Shown here: in pieces, positions 52,462-64,000 of the stretch
Layout: every line of letters starts with the position of its first letter
How positions within the stretch are numbered: the first letter of the stretch is position 1
Assembly: GCA_026770705.1 (NCBI GenBank)
Contig: JANJGN010000009.1
Coordinates: 138,756,001-138,820,000 of the forward strand
Source: Isurus oxyrinchus
Taxonomy: Eukaryota
Direction of reading: 5' to 3'
DNA length: 64,000 bases
The notes under the pieces: model-generated
What the model was told of the DNA's origin: nothing
The model's database searches: none
The model's input: only the letters and a program-made list of their open reading frames with translations
Translations under genes and position numbers: made by a program

Positions 52462-54146
52462 CTAAATCCTCTTGACCTTTCTACACCTGCCGCTGCATCT
52501 TGTTGTTCCCCCAACATCCTCAGAGGTGGAGGTGGTCTGCTGCACCCTGTTGTTTGTGATGACCTTGGCGGGTGTCCAGGGCCCCGGCCTGCTTTGGGAG
52601 TCCTGCTGTGGGGCAGGTGCACCCTCCTCGGTCTGTGGAGCTGAAGCTGCTGGGATAAAAGGAAGAGGGGATTCAGGTGGGCTGGATACTCCCAGCGTCA
52701 CCTGGGTGGATGGACCCAAGGTGTGCACCTTCTGATCCTCCTCCCTATGAACGCCCGAGGTTGCTTAGACGACTCCTTGAGGAGAAGGGGCAGCTGGAGC
52801 GAGCTCAAGATTCCCCGCCCCCCACTCTTGCATTGACACTGACTGATGCCTGCAAGTGGCTCAGCGACGGAGCACAGCTCCTGCAGCAGTGCAGGACCAA
52901 TGTCCTGGACCAATGTCTCCATTGCGGCTGCCATCTTACTAGTGTTGACCTCGGTATGTTGGCATGCCAGCAAAATCACCTCAGGCTGAAGGCGAATGGA
53001 CTCCTCCATTGTGCCTTGCAACCTGAGGAGTGCAGTGGACATCCCTTCCTGATGTTCCCGAGTTTGCCCTTGCAGCTCCAGCAACTGAGGTATGACTGAT
53101 TCCAGAGGCTCATCATCTGACTTAGCAGATTGCTGGCCTCCAGCAATCCTCCGAGTGCGGGAAACCTGGAACATCCCTGCCCCCAGCTGTTGTGGATCAA
53201 ACGTGTGATGTACTCACCAGATTATGACCCTAACTCTACCCTAGAACTGAATCCCACCGAGGTGTGTGCCTCTGTGCTGGTGGAGGGTATGGGTGAGCGC
53301 TGTAGTGGTCTCCAATTAGGATGTCATCAGATTCTTCTTCTGAGGTGTCTTTGGGGCTTGAGTTGAGAACCTGGCTCATGCTCCCTCTCAGCTGCTTCCC
53401 AGGTGTGCCTGCGAAAGCAAGAAGAGATAATTCGTGCATGGCAGGGGACTGCGGAACAGGGGAACTCACTCACAATATTGTTGTCTGATGGATGTTGCTC
53501 TGTTGGATCCTCACTTGGTTGAGCATCATCGACCTCACCATCAGCATAGGATCAGTCCAGATCTTTGTGGACCAGCTGGATGACTCTATTTTCAAAGTCT
53601 GTGAGAACCTTGATGTTGGCTATTCCACCACTGGTCAGCGACCTCTCCCTCTTGTTGTGTGCCAGCTTGTCCTGCATGAATACAGATGGAGAGAGTGAAG
53701 CAGGATGCCTGCCAGGCCAGATGAGAAGGATGCCTGCCATGTGTGGGTGGTAGACACGCCATGGACAGGATGAGGACGTGATCACTAGGGCACATGAGAG
53801 ACTGAACGGTGATGTCCCTTGAGCTGACAGTGAGTGAGATCCCTGTTGATGTATGATGGGTTTCTAAATGTGTGAGTTGAGAGTGATGAGAAGAGTGACT
53901 TACTCTGGCAGAGTGGAGGAGTTCTTTCATCCACTTTTGTCACTGGATGGCTGTCCTCTTTCACAGGGTGTTGGTGATGACCACTACTGCCACCACCTCC
54001 CATATTGGATTTGTTACCTTGCTTGCCAGTCTTCACCCACAACAGTGGAAGGGGATTTCATGGCAGCCCTCCACTGTGCCCAATAGGAGCTCAAGGGAGG
54101 CACTGCCAAATTTAGGGGCAGCATGTTGCCTCCCTTTGACAGCCAT
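52462..54146 (-). pseudogene. Harbinger Myb/SANT-like protein gene, three exons, decayed
   Basis: Exon 1 54146-53904 MAVKGRQHAAPKFG...WEVVA...WMKELLHSAR|gtaagt. Exon 2 53671 to about 53474 cag|DKLAHNKRERSLTSGG. Exon 3 from the tttcgcag acceptor near 53408, with coiled-coil LLELQGQTREHQEGMSTALLRLQ and basic end RCSGRCRKVKRI*. Confidence 0.88.
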
Positions 54147-54939
54147 GACATTCCAGCAGCTTTCAATCCCTCAGAGAGTGCTAGCTCTGTGCAGTGCCGC
54201 CCTTTGACTATGGTGCCTGGATTACTGAAGGCCTGAGGAGACAGCAGGGCAGGAAATCTGGCATGTTTCCTGGGAATGCATTATCAACGAGGTGGGACAC
54301 ACCAGGAATGGGACAAAAAGGTATGAAAAGACGCCATTGCAGCTGGCGAGTAAAATGACATTTTTCACGCCCACTACTGCACTTAGTGCAAATCAGGGAT
54401 GATTCTGCCTGTTACCTTTGCTATCACCCTGAATGAGAAGCCAATTCATTTGTTAGCCTTCTGGCTTTGTGATTATGATGCAGTTTTACAGTGCGGTGTG
54501 AAATTCCACAAGGATGAGAGTGGAAATCTTTTGTTCTTGTAATCTCTGTTGGGAGCTTCCAGAACAGATAGCCACTCTTGTGAGTCATGTGGCCCATAGC
54601 AGCCATAATTTGGTTCAGCAAAAGTCCATTTGGAAATAGAAGAAAAGAATAAAGTTTTGACGTACGCAGTTTTGATTTCTTTTCATGTCTTATTGGGCCG
54701 TAACTTCCGATGTTGTAGCAATTGAGTCGGATTGCCACTCCAATTGAAAGTTCTTACTTGAAAACCCTGGAGATCCTACCTCGCCTGACTTTCTGACTCA
54801 GTGCTGTGCATCACCAGAACCTAGTTTTAAAGGCTGTAGTAAGTAAGCCATCCTCCTTTCTCACGGCACTAGCTGCCGTAATCCAGGTAAAGTTAAAAGC
54901 CCTGCCAGGTTTAAAGATCTTTGACAAGGTTGGGCCAGG

Positions 54940-55760
54940 CCATGCCTTGAGGGGACAGGGTCGGGTCGGGACTTGGGTTTTTGGGTTGGGCCGGGCTGGT
55001 TCTCGGGGGGTAGGGAGGTTAGGGTGGGAGATTGGGTCAGGTCAGGCCAGGCTTTGGGCCTTGGGTGGAGGGAGGGTTCAGGCCGCATCAGGCTGGGTCT
55101 TGAGGGGAGTCAGGTTGGGCTGGGCATTGGAGGGGGGCCAGATTAGGCTGGGTCTAGGGGAGGAGGGAGGAGGCAGTTGGAGGACCAGGCCAGACCCTGG
55201 GGGGGTCAGGTCTGGTCCAGATGGTTCTTGGGGATGGTGGTTGGTGGGGATGGGAGGGTCGGGTCAGGCCGGGCCTTGGAGGTTTGGGTCAGATTGAATC
55301 GGGTCGGGCCTATGGCAGGAGGAGTCGGGTGGGCCTTGGGTTGAGATAAGAGTCAGGTGAAGTCGGGTTGGGCCTTGAGGGCAGTGGAAATCGGTTCGGG
55401 CTGCGCCTTGGGGGGGTGTTGGGCCTGGTCCCATCAGGCCTTGGTCGGGGGAGGGGGTGTTGGGTCGGGCCAGACCTTGGCGGCTCGGGTTCGATCGAGC
55501 TGGGCCTTGTGGGGGAGGGGGAGTGGGGAGATGAGGCCAGCCCAGGCCTTTGGCCACGCGCAGGTTTGTGGTAGTCGGGGATTAGAGAAGATCCCATGGG
55601 GGATGGGTGGTAGAATTCTGTGGGTTGGATGAGGGAGTCCTGTGGACGGGGTGTGGGGAAGTCTCTTGGGGGTGGGATGAAGGTGGATAGTCAGGGGTTG
55701 GAGGGGTCCCCTAGATGTTCAGGGGTGTGAAGGGAGTCGCGTCGGTGGGTTGGTTTGTGT
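54940..55760. repeat. G-rich degenerate repeat (gggtcggg/gggtcagg), probably the interior of a non-autonomous DNA element starting near 54695
   Basis: Dense GGG tracts; gggccgtaacttcc at about 54695 resembles the GGG-starting termini seen elsewhere. Confidence 0.7.
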
Positions 55761-55964
55761 GTGTGTACAACAGTTACACAGAGGCTAGAAGTGATTTTAA
55801 TTCTTCTAACTTTTAATGGGTAAGTGTTGATGTAACATGGTTGCAACCATCTGAATTTTGCAATTTAAATCACAGTTTTTGGATGGTTCACAGTGCAGGG
55901 CAATTGGCTGCTTGATCAGCCAGGAGCTGCTGGAGTTCTTTCTGTTCAGTGTTAAAACACCAGC

Positions 55965-56421
55965 CTGAGCTGTGAGGCTAGAAATGTAATATTAAAATAA
56001 TTCAAAAAGCTAGAAACATGGAGTCATGTGATATGGCCCATTAATGAGTTAATTGCAGTCTCACAAGCAGTTTCTATGCTTCTGTCAAGAAATTTTTCTT
56101 TCCCTTGGGAGTGAAATGATGGCTATTGACACTTCCTCCGGTATAACGAGTTTCGCTGTCTCTGTCTCTGTTATCCTCCCAGCTGGCGAAGTCAGTTCGT
56201 CTGTTAGTCGTCTAGTTTCGTGGTTACAATGGGGTGTGAGGTTCCACAAGGGTGGGAGTGGAGCTCTGTTGTTCTTGTACTCTCTGCCGGAACCTTCCAG
56301 GATAGATGACAGATCTTGTGAGTCATGTGATCTGTAGCAGCCATTTTGTGCTCCAGCAGAAGCCCATTTTAAAATATCAAAAAAGAATACAGTTTTGATT
56401 TCTTTTCATGCTGTATTGACA
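55965..56421 (-). repeat. Second, partial copy of the LTR-like repeat
   Basis: Aligns to 49090-49286 + 54411-54695; ends tgaca. Confidence 0.7.
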
Positions 56422-56429
56422 TAATATAT

Positions 56430-56725
56430 TCCATTCCCCTTGCAATAAACACCAACATTCCATTTGCTTTCCAAATCACTTGCTATACCTGCATATTAAC
56501 TTCTTGTGATTCATGTACGAGAACAATCAGATCCCTCCGTCCCACCGAATTTTTCTTTCAAATGGAAACTAGACAAGTACATGAGAGAAAAAGGAACAGA
56601 AAGATATCTAAAAAGCTGAGATGGGTAGATGGTTTGGAAGCAGACTAGTTTGGAGCATAAATACCAGCATAGACTGATGGCCTGCTTCTGAGCTACATTA
56701 TGTGCTCCATGTAATTCTCTGTAAA
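56430..56725. mobile_element. Two short CR1 fragments (minus about 56430-56550; plus 3' end about 56555-56725)
   Basis: ccccttgcaataaacaccaacattccatttgc...; ttcaaatggaaactagacaagtacatgagagaaaaagg...tggagcataaataccagcatagac. Confidence 0.7.
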
Positions 56726-59658
56726 GATTTGTGTAATTTTATGTAAAGCGTTCTATTTCATATTACTGTTCTGTCACATTAAGTAAGGTGACATATTTCT
56801 TTATGTAAAAATATTGACTATAGTTCTTCATTATATGAAATATTTTCCACTTCAACTGTTGAACTTCATCTGTGTTCCAACAAAGTCTTTTGGATGTATT
56901 TCTATATGATATTTTATTTTATGTGTTGACAGCAGAACATCCAATGACTGCGCAATGTGGACTTCATTCCACATATCATGCTTTTTCTGACTTTATTACT
57001 CATGAGACATGAGATATAACCAATCGTACAATAAAGTTCTGCTTCGGAGTTGCTAGTCTCTCGATCATAAATTGACAAAGCATAACAAAGGATTCCTCAA
57101 GCATTCTAACAGGATAGGTATCAATGTGATGCCTTCACATTTCAATAGTGGCAGCCTTGAGTCAAAATATAAACCCCAGGGATCAGCCTCTATTCCATGA
57201 GATGAATTTTATCTGTTGTTAACTAGGTTTACTGACAGAGCAAGCAAGTGCCCAGAAGATGTGGCAATTCTAGTTCGTTGAATTACGAAACTGCAGTGGA
57301 CTATCAGTAAGTGCTGTCCATTGATCTGCATTCCTAACCAGAGAAAGTGGGTAAGTAAGTGATCATGAAATGGGGGCATTGGGAAATTCCTTAAAGCATT
57401 GATGTGACTGTCATTTTTATAAGATGTACGCCTGGAACAGTAGAGGGAAGGAGTGCTTTGAAAAAATAGTCTGCTATTAACCAGAAATGAAGCTCGATTT
57501 GTGTCACTTAGTTCATATTAAAATGACCCTGTTTATTTAAATTCTGGATCTAAGTTAATGTTTCTGCTTATCTATTATGCAGGTTGTTTTGCTATAACCA
57601 GAATCAGGGTTGATTTTTATCCCCACCAGTCTGGAGGAATTGGAGGATGGAGATGTGCCTGCGCCATTCCAGCTGTCTTTAAATTAACCTATTCTTCTGA
57701 GGAGCCAACAAGGACACCAGTGAGGTCCTTCTTTAAGTATGCTGATTCAGGCCCAACGATACCTTCTGACCCCATTTGCAATGTTTACTGGTGGCCTGAC
57801 TGGGAGAGGCTTTATGATTTTCCTGCCAGATGAAGACCTTGGGAAGAAAAGGCATAGACAGGTAATTTCTTTTTTCTACTTCCCTTGGAGGGGTGGTGGG
57901 GAGGTGGCATTGGGTCATGCAAAGAAAGTATAGGTCTCCCCTTCCTGAACATGAGACCCCCACAAAAATCCCCCACCCATGACTGACTGGAGTGTCAGGG
58001 CCTGGCCATGGACACTAAGAAGATCTGTGTTTCCTGTCCACACATCACCTTCTCCATTAAAACTTCCCAGGAGCAGCATTGTTCATACCTGAGGAGGAAT
58101 ATTATTTGTTGCCTTGCTCACTCCTGTACTGTCTTCATTAACTGCCATTTTCACAGGTGAAGCACAGATTGTAAGTCTTGAAGGAGGCACTATGGTCACC
58201 TGCCTGGTAACTTGCCCTAATAACAGGCTTTCACTACATCTTTCGAACCCTAGGTGCATGTTCTTGCTGCATGACACAAATACGTTCTGCCTGCTAAGTA
58301 CCATTGTCTGCGGGTCCAAAACCAGCAACTATTACTGTTCACTGGGCCGCTGGAGAACTCCATATTTGATTGAAGCCCTTGGATGCAAGCCTCATTGGTT
58401 AGCTTGTTTATGTATCATTGCCAGCTGGCAGCCTCCTCTTGCTTAAAACCCTGCTCCCACCAATCAACCAGCTGCCATTTCCCAACTCTTTCAAGTGGGC
58501 ATTTGATCAGGGGCATGCATATGAGGTCTGGGAGTTAAAGTTGCCTGATTTCAATTGAGGGTTAAAATTGTGATTTCAAGGTTTGAGTGTTAAGAGTTAT
58601 TGGGAATCTAAACCTTCTGAGGTTGTTTGGATTGAGGAATTTATTTCTAGTTAAGCGTCCATTGTAATTTAGGGTCTTTAAACAGTTTCATCTGGATCTG
58701 CCTTTCTTTAGTAAATGAACATTTTGTCTATGGTCCGAAAGAAAAGCAAGATTATAATATCCAATATTGTTAACAATTTATAAAAATGAAACCTGTATGA
58801 ATTTTCTGTCATGAGGATGTCTTTAATAATAATGGATAACTTGGGAAAAGTTGGTGAATCGATAGGACCTTGAAATTATGCTATACTTAGTTACAATTGT
58901 TTCTGACATTCACTGAATAGGGCAGGAAATAATATAAAAGATGAGTCTGTTTCTTTGTTTGCCTGAAAGCATCTTTGATTGGAAGCATTGACTGCAAAGG
59001 ACTTCCCTGTGAACCTCACTGGCTTGATTGTAATGTCACCTTGAAACATCATGCAAATCAAACTGTATAGGACATGTGTTTATGTTTAGTGCATCCATGG
59101 ATCTTTGCAGTATTCTGTTTATATCAATTGATATGTAATTTTAGTGATTTTTGACATTACAAAACTTCATTCTTCAGTAAAGGAAATTTAATGAACGGGA
59201 GGGACTTCTTATATCAATGCATCTCACTGAAGTAATAGGGCATGTTTTGTTTTGTGGTTTAAATTGATTTGTGACCTGGGGGTTGCCATAGAGAGTGAAT
59301 CGGAATATGGTTCATAATTTGGAAATGTTTTAATGTTTGTTTTTAATCAAATATTTCTCTATGTTTTTTTACAAGCTGTTTAGTCTTGGTATGCTTTATT
59401 TCAAATGTAAGAATGGAGAAATGTGTGCTACTGGGTCAGTATGGTTTAACATAGCACCATGGAAAAATGCCATCACATTCGCATTATCACTTACGTTCAT
59501 TGTATAATCCTTCCAGAACTCCCTCTAAATCCAGAGACAGGAAAGAGGAATGTGAGGTCAAGAGAGTTTTGGGTATGTTAGAAGAAGTAGTTTGCTTTTG
59601 AAAATTAATATCCTTTAACTGCAGATTAACTATGATACTCATGAGCTTTATGATGACA

Positions 59659-59984
59659 CTTACTCACTTTTCCAGAACTGCTTCATCCAATTCAGGGTCG
59701 CAGGGAGTCAGAGCCTATCCTGACAGGCAATGGGCACTAGGCAGCGTACACCCAGAACAGGATGCCAGTCCATCACAGGGCACACACTGGGGGACAATTT
59801 ACCATAGCCAATCCATCTAGCCAGTACTTCTTGGGACAGTGGGAGGAAACCAGAGCACCTGGCAGAAAACCACACAATAACAGGGAGAACGTGCAAACTC
59901 CACACAGACAAACAATTGAGGTCAGGATGGAACCCAGGTCCCTGGAGCTATGAGGTAGCAGCGCTGTGCCACTGTGCCATCTTA
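59659..59984 (-). mobile_element. V-SINE (tRNA head + V-domain), full length, 10-bp TSD
   Basis: Minus: ggcacagtggcacag...ccagggacctgggttccatcc...ctgtgtggagtttgcacgttctccc...ggtgctctggtttcctcccac; TSD tatgatgaca at 59649-59658 and 59985-59994. Confidence 0.9.
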
Positions 59985-60359
59985 TATGATGACATTTAGT
60001 TGTTATTTAAAAATTGAATCACACAAGGGCTTTAGTTATTTTATTGAATCCATTGGATTATCATAGTACTATGTGCCGCCTGAGTTTGGGTTAGATTATA
60101 ACTGGACAGAAAACAGCCACTTAAGTTTCCTTAGTTAAATCACACAATAATCCTTGGAGATTGGCAGAAGATAAAAGCAAGTTAATTGTTAATTTTGATG
60201 TTTAAACTTTTATCTATACTGCTTCATAAAGCAAAATATTTAGTCATTTTTAATACAAATAACCAAGTGTTTAGATATGTGACTAGATTGGACACCAGCA
60301 TGGCTTTAAAAAAAATCAGTTAATGGTTTTTATATCGGCCAATCCAAGTTGGAAATATT

Positions 60360-60471
60360 GGCTGGAATTTTCCAACTCCCCCGCGGCAGGGCCAGTGAGC
60401 CATTGAAATTTCCATTCACATTGGCGGGACAGGAAGATCCCGTCAACGTGAGGGTCTGGAAAATTCCACCC
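60360..60471. mobile_element. 112-bp Harbinger-type MITE
   Basis: TIRs ggctggaattttcc / ggaaaattccaccc; TSD att at 60357-60359 and 60472-60474. Confidence 0.88.
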
Positions 60472-60474
60472 ATT

Positions 60475-61143
60475 GGACCAGAATTTGCTGGAGCAGAGCA
60501 TCTCATGCCATGACTTGTAAATTGGATTTTTACCCTTGTCCTACAGCTGGAATTTTTTTTTGCCTAATATATTGTTGGAAGTGCAGGTTGATAATGGCAT
60601 TGCAAGGTCAAAGGGGCACATGAGACCTTGATAAATGATGAGACAAGCAATTAGTTCCCTTAACCAATGAGGTTTAAGGACTGAGAAAGAAACTGAAACA
60701 ACAGAGAAATGAATAGGGTGAATTGGAGTCAACTTAGGTACAGAAGGAGATATGAGAGAATGAATAAGAAATTAAGAAAGAAAAAAAGGATAGAAAGGAA
60801 AATCAAGGATTTTTTTTTAACATTAAATTTTGAAGTCCTTTCAGACGAATTTAGTACTTGCAGGTACCTGAAGGTCCGCAGTTGCATTTTCTGACCATCC
60901 AAGATTGAGTGACATTGCAGGAACATAAAATGTGTCATTAAAATGTCCATTACATTGCTAACATCCTGCAGAAGGTTTATATCATTTTAACAGTGCAAAT
61001 GCAGCACTATCATGAAATCAGAGAGAGGTTGATGGTGAGCTCTGGTTTTTCTAGGTTAACAGTGAAGTGGTGCAAATCGTCCAGCAAATTGTGACGAATC
61101 ACAAAGCACAGCATATTTCACCCTTGTCACAAATTTCTGGGCT
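60475..61143. mobile_element. Probable older MITE abutting the 112-bp MITE
   Basis: ggaccagaatttg start and caaatttctgggct end form imperfect TIRs. Confidence 0.45.
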
Positions 61144-62311
61144 TTTTTTAATACTAATATTATTGTATTCTTTAACTCACCATGATTTTCCTGAAAATTT
61201 TGAGCCATTACTTCGTAAAACACACACCTGGAAACTTGGCTAGCTCAGTAAGAGCATACAATGCTTGGTGCAGATATTATACCAAACTATAATGCGTAAA
61301 ATAAACTTAATAAATTCGATAGTAAGGAAAATTGGTGGAGTGACTAATGGCAGCCAGTCTCTTGCCACTAGTGTTCTGCCCCTGCTGAAGTTGAAAATGA
61401 CCCAGATTTTTTTTCCCTGGTATATCAGTATCTGCATTGTTATAGAGTGTGGGTGTTGTTTTCTATGAACCCAGTTTTTCTTTAAAATAAGTAAACATTT
61501 TGCCAACTACTGAATGGAATAATTTTAGATTTATTGTCAAGGTTAACATTACATGAATTACATGAGAAAATGTGGGTTTAAAAATGGAAGAATAAAAAAT
61601 TAGTTTGTTTCAAAGGCCAAGGTTTTGCTCCAATAATATTAGGAGTGCATACAGCTGCAAGGGTCAAAACTTACAAGAGAGGAGGCAAAAAAAAAATGGA
61701 GCAATTAACGGGAAACAACAAGGGTATAGTAATAGAAAATATTTCACTCTGATATATGTTTGATTAAAGAACTGACAGTTGATTAAACCTTAAGTTTCAG
61801 CAATGTTTTACTTACACAATTCCCTTTCTTCAGCATTAAATAACATTCACATGTACCTATGAGAGAATAATAGATTGATGCAGAGTTTTGCCATATATGA
61901 ATGCCGATATCTGCTGGACCACTAATTTTCCTTAATTCAGCTAATTTCAAGCAGTAATAATGTGCATCATTAGCCCGAGAATGAATTTAATCCATCTGTA
62001 ATAGCATGTATATATAAAATAATAACAGGATGTAAAACCAGACACCGAAGTTTTATTGGATGCTATATGTCTTCATTAAAATCAATAAAATGTTACAGAT
62101 TTAATGGATGGTTGTTTTCTAACATACATAATGTCATTAAAAAAGGTCAGACTTGCATGGGGATCACATTTGCTACAATTACTGAAGCATTTTGGTTCAT
62201 ATGCTTCCAAGAATCAATTGATTACAAGGCTTGCCAACAACCATGTCAACAAAATAAAGTTTAACCTTTTCCTATAAACCAGCAGTTAGGTTTCAACTGT
62301 GCAGAAGTGAT

Positions 62312-62546
62312 CCAAAACAAAAACAGAAATACCTGGAAAAACTCAGCAGGTCTGGCAGCATCGGTGGAGAAGAACAAAGTCGATATTTCGAGTCCTCATG
62401 AGCCTTCAACAGAACTAAGTAAAAAAGAACTTTGTTCTTTGTTAACTTTGTTCTTCTCCGCTGATGCTGCCAGACCTGCTGAGTTTTTCCAGGTATTTCT
62501 GTTTTTGTTTTGGACTTCCAGCATCCGCAGTTTTTTGTTTTTATCT
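62312..62546. mobile_element. Second fold-back Penelope derivative, 15-bp TSD
   Basis: Arms about 62312-62380 and 62443-62513 are inverted; same family as 22709; TSD ctgtgcaga(a/g)gtgat at 62297-62311 and 62547-62561. Confidence 0.9.
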
Positions 62547-63714
62547 CTGTGCAGAGGTGATGTTTGAGCAAATAATCATTGAAGTTGATATCTCAGTAAA
62601 ATAATATTTATTAACAAGTGTGTACTGTACACTAATAGGAGCAAGTTTGGAGGCCTTGGCATGAAAGTATTGCCACCAGTGTCAGGCACTTCCACAAAGC
62701 TTGGGGTCAAACAAACCGAATGATTCATACAGACAAAAACATGTGGGCAGTGTTAGGGGGAATATAGTAAGAATTTGTTAAAGGGGAATTACTTAGAAAC
62801 CCAGCCAGTCGGTGGCACCAAGTACATTAACAGTTAATGTTTCCCAGATGAGCTTTGCACATCCTTAGTGCCTGCAATCACCAGAAAGATCCTGGGAACT
62901 AGACTGAGATGAAGAATGGAAACAATATAGATTAAGTGTCCTGGGAACCAGGCTGGAGACAAAGGTTGAAAATAATATAGATTAAGTGTGATCTTCAACA
63001 GATAAGGAAAGGCCAGATGGTTCCAGCTTAGATTGGGGGAGAAAGCTCTGCCTGGGTGTAGGGGGATGTATGTACCTACATGTTGACAACAATGTTCTTG
63101 TACGTGACCAGTAATGTATAAATATGCTGAATACTTGTAATTTATCAGAGTGCTACCTCAAGCTGCTTGAGGTGGATCTCTCCTTGCAATTACTCAAATA
63201 AACAATCATAACCTGTACTTGAGCCTCCTGTGGTTCGTTTGTCAAAGTTACCACAACAGGCAGTATTAGTTTTATTATACTCTTTATGGTATTAAGAAGG
63301 ACTTTAATTACACACTTGGTCAGTCCACTGACTAGTTCTAAGCACAATAATCATCAAAACAGGAAATGCTAAAATGATTTAAGAAGCACTTAGGAGCTAT
63401 CCCAGGAATGAATCTGAAAAGGAAAAGAGGCAATCAGTTCCCTTAATTCTTGCAGAGCCAAAATGGTTCTTAATAACAATAGAGGGGATAAAAACTAGTG
63501 TCCAATGCTATTAGACTCTATACCACACAGAAAAAAACATGATTGCCAGTCACTTCTGTGTCCAGATCTGTTTATTTATTAATAATTGGATAATCTGCAT
63601 TTTTTTGTAAGTTTAATACTTAATATCCATATGGGCAAAGACTTTTAAAGATTACATACTGTGGGCATTTGTTAGTCAAATCTTGTATACACCACTTTTT
63701 CTTAATTTAATCTT

Positions 63715-63996
63715 CAGATGTGAATGACACTAGCAAGACCCATCATTTATTGGCCACTCTAGTTCCATGAACCACCGTCTGGTAATTGTACAACAGGGTA
63801 ATTTAATAGGCCACTGAAGAGTCAATCACGTAAGGTGGACCAATTCACTATAAGACCAAATTGTTTTTACAAAAAGAATGGCTACTTTCATGTTGTGGTC
63901 TTGAATTGTTAAATTTAACTTTACAACTTGGTATAGGAGGAGTTAAACTCATGATAAATGATTTGGTAGTCCAGTATCATAACCACTACAACCATA
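63715..63996 (-). mobile_element. Highly decayed tRNA/Deu-type SINE
   Basis: catttattggccactctagtt tail-like sequence, gagtcaatcac body, and tagtccagtatcataaccactacaacca head reverse complement. Confidence 0.55.
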
Positions 63997-64000
63997 TTGA

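Larger units (their letters stand above)
49287..54410. mobile_element. PIF/Harbinger element E, structurally complete two-gene copy (decayed)
   Basis: TIRs gggtggaatcatcc / ggatgattctgcct; transposase on plus and Myb gene on minus in convergent arrangement. Confidence 0.93.
48531..54695 (-). repeat. LTR-like interspersed repeat split by Harbinger E (pieces about 48531-49286 and 54411-54695)
   Basis: Both flanks of Harbinger E align contiguously to the uninterrupted copy at 55965-56421; begins tgtca, with minus-strand aataaa near 48621. Confidence 0.55.

Noticed and set aside
54806-55632. Gly-rich and Pro-rich overlapping ORFs
   Set aside because: Arise from a G-rich degenerate repeat; open on both strands by composition
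57607-58570. Possible further Harbinger-type MITE starting gggttgattttt
   Set aside because: No matching right TIR or TSD could be located, so not listed as a feature
62892-62990. CRISPR-like repeat-spacer pattern (aatatagattaagtgt twice)
   Set aside because: Only a diverged ~50-bp tandem duplication in eukaryotic DNA; no array and no cas genes

Overview
This is vertebrate genomic DNA, most likely from a cartilaginous fish (shark), judged from its repeat content. It is almost entirely a nested mosaic of decayed transposable elements. No intact host protein-coding gene, rRNA, tRNA gene or CRISPR array can be supported, and most ORFs in the track are pseudogene fragments of transposable elements or their antisense shadows. 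The window contains: several CR1 LINEs (one near full length, with ORF1 zinc-finger/esterase and ORF2); L2 3' fragments; a second CR1-clade LINE family sharing its 3' tail with tRNA/Deu-domain SINEs; a Penelope-like element (RT + GIY-YIG) and several pseudo-LTR fragments with minimal hammerhead ribozyme motifs, two of them fold-back elements with long TSDs; five PIF/Harbinger relics (HARBI1-like transposase and/or an intron-containing Myb/SANT-like gene) plus related MITEs; two clear solo LTRs; a V-SINE; an RTE-tailed SINE; and a 139-nt assembly gap. The most intriguing observations are three. (1) A LINE copy's 5' end is a tRNA-head + Deu-domain SINE body running directly into ORF2 with no ORF1, so the local SINE looks like its internal-deletion derivative. 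(2) The fold-back Penelope derivatives carry a non-canonical hammerhead core. (3) One of them has captured a 45-nt patch apparently copied from the neighbouring Penelope copy. All alignments were made by eye, and boundaries without a TSD or TIR are approximate.
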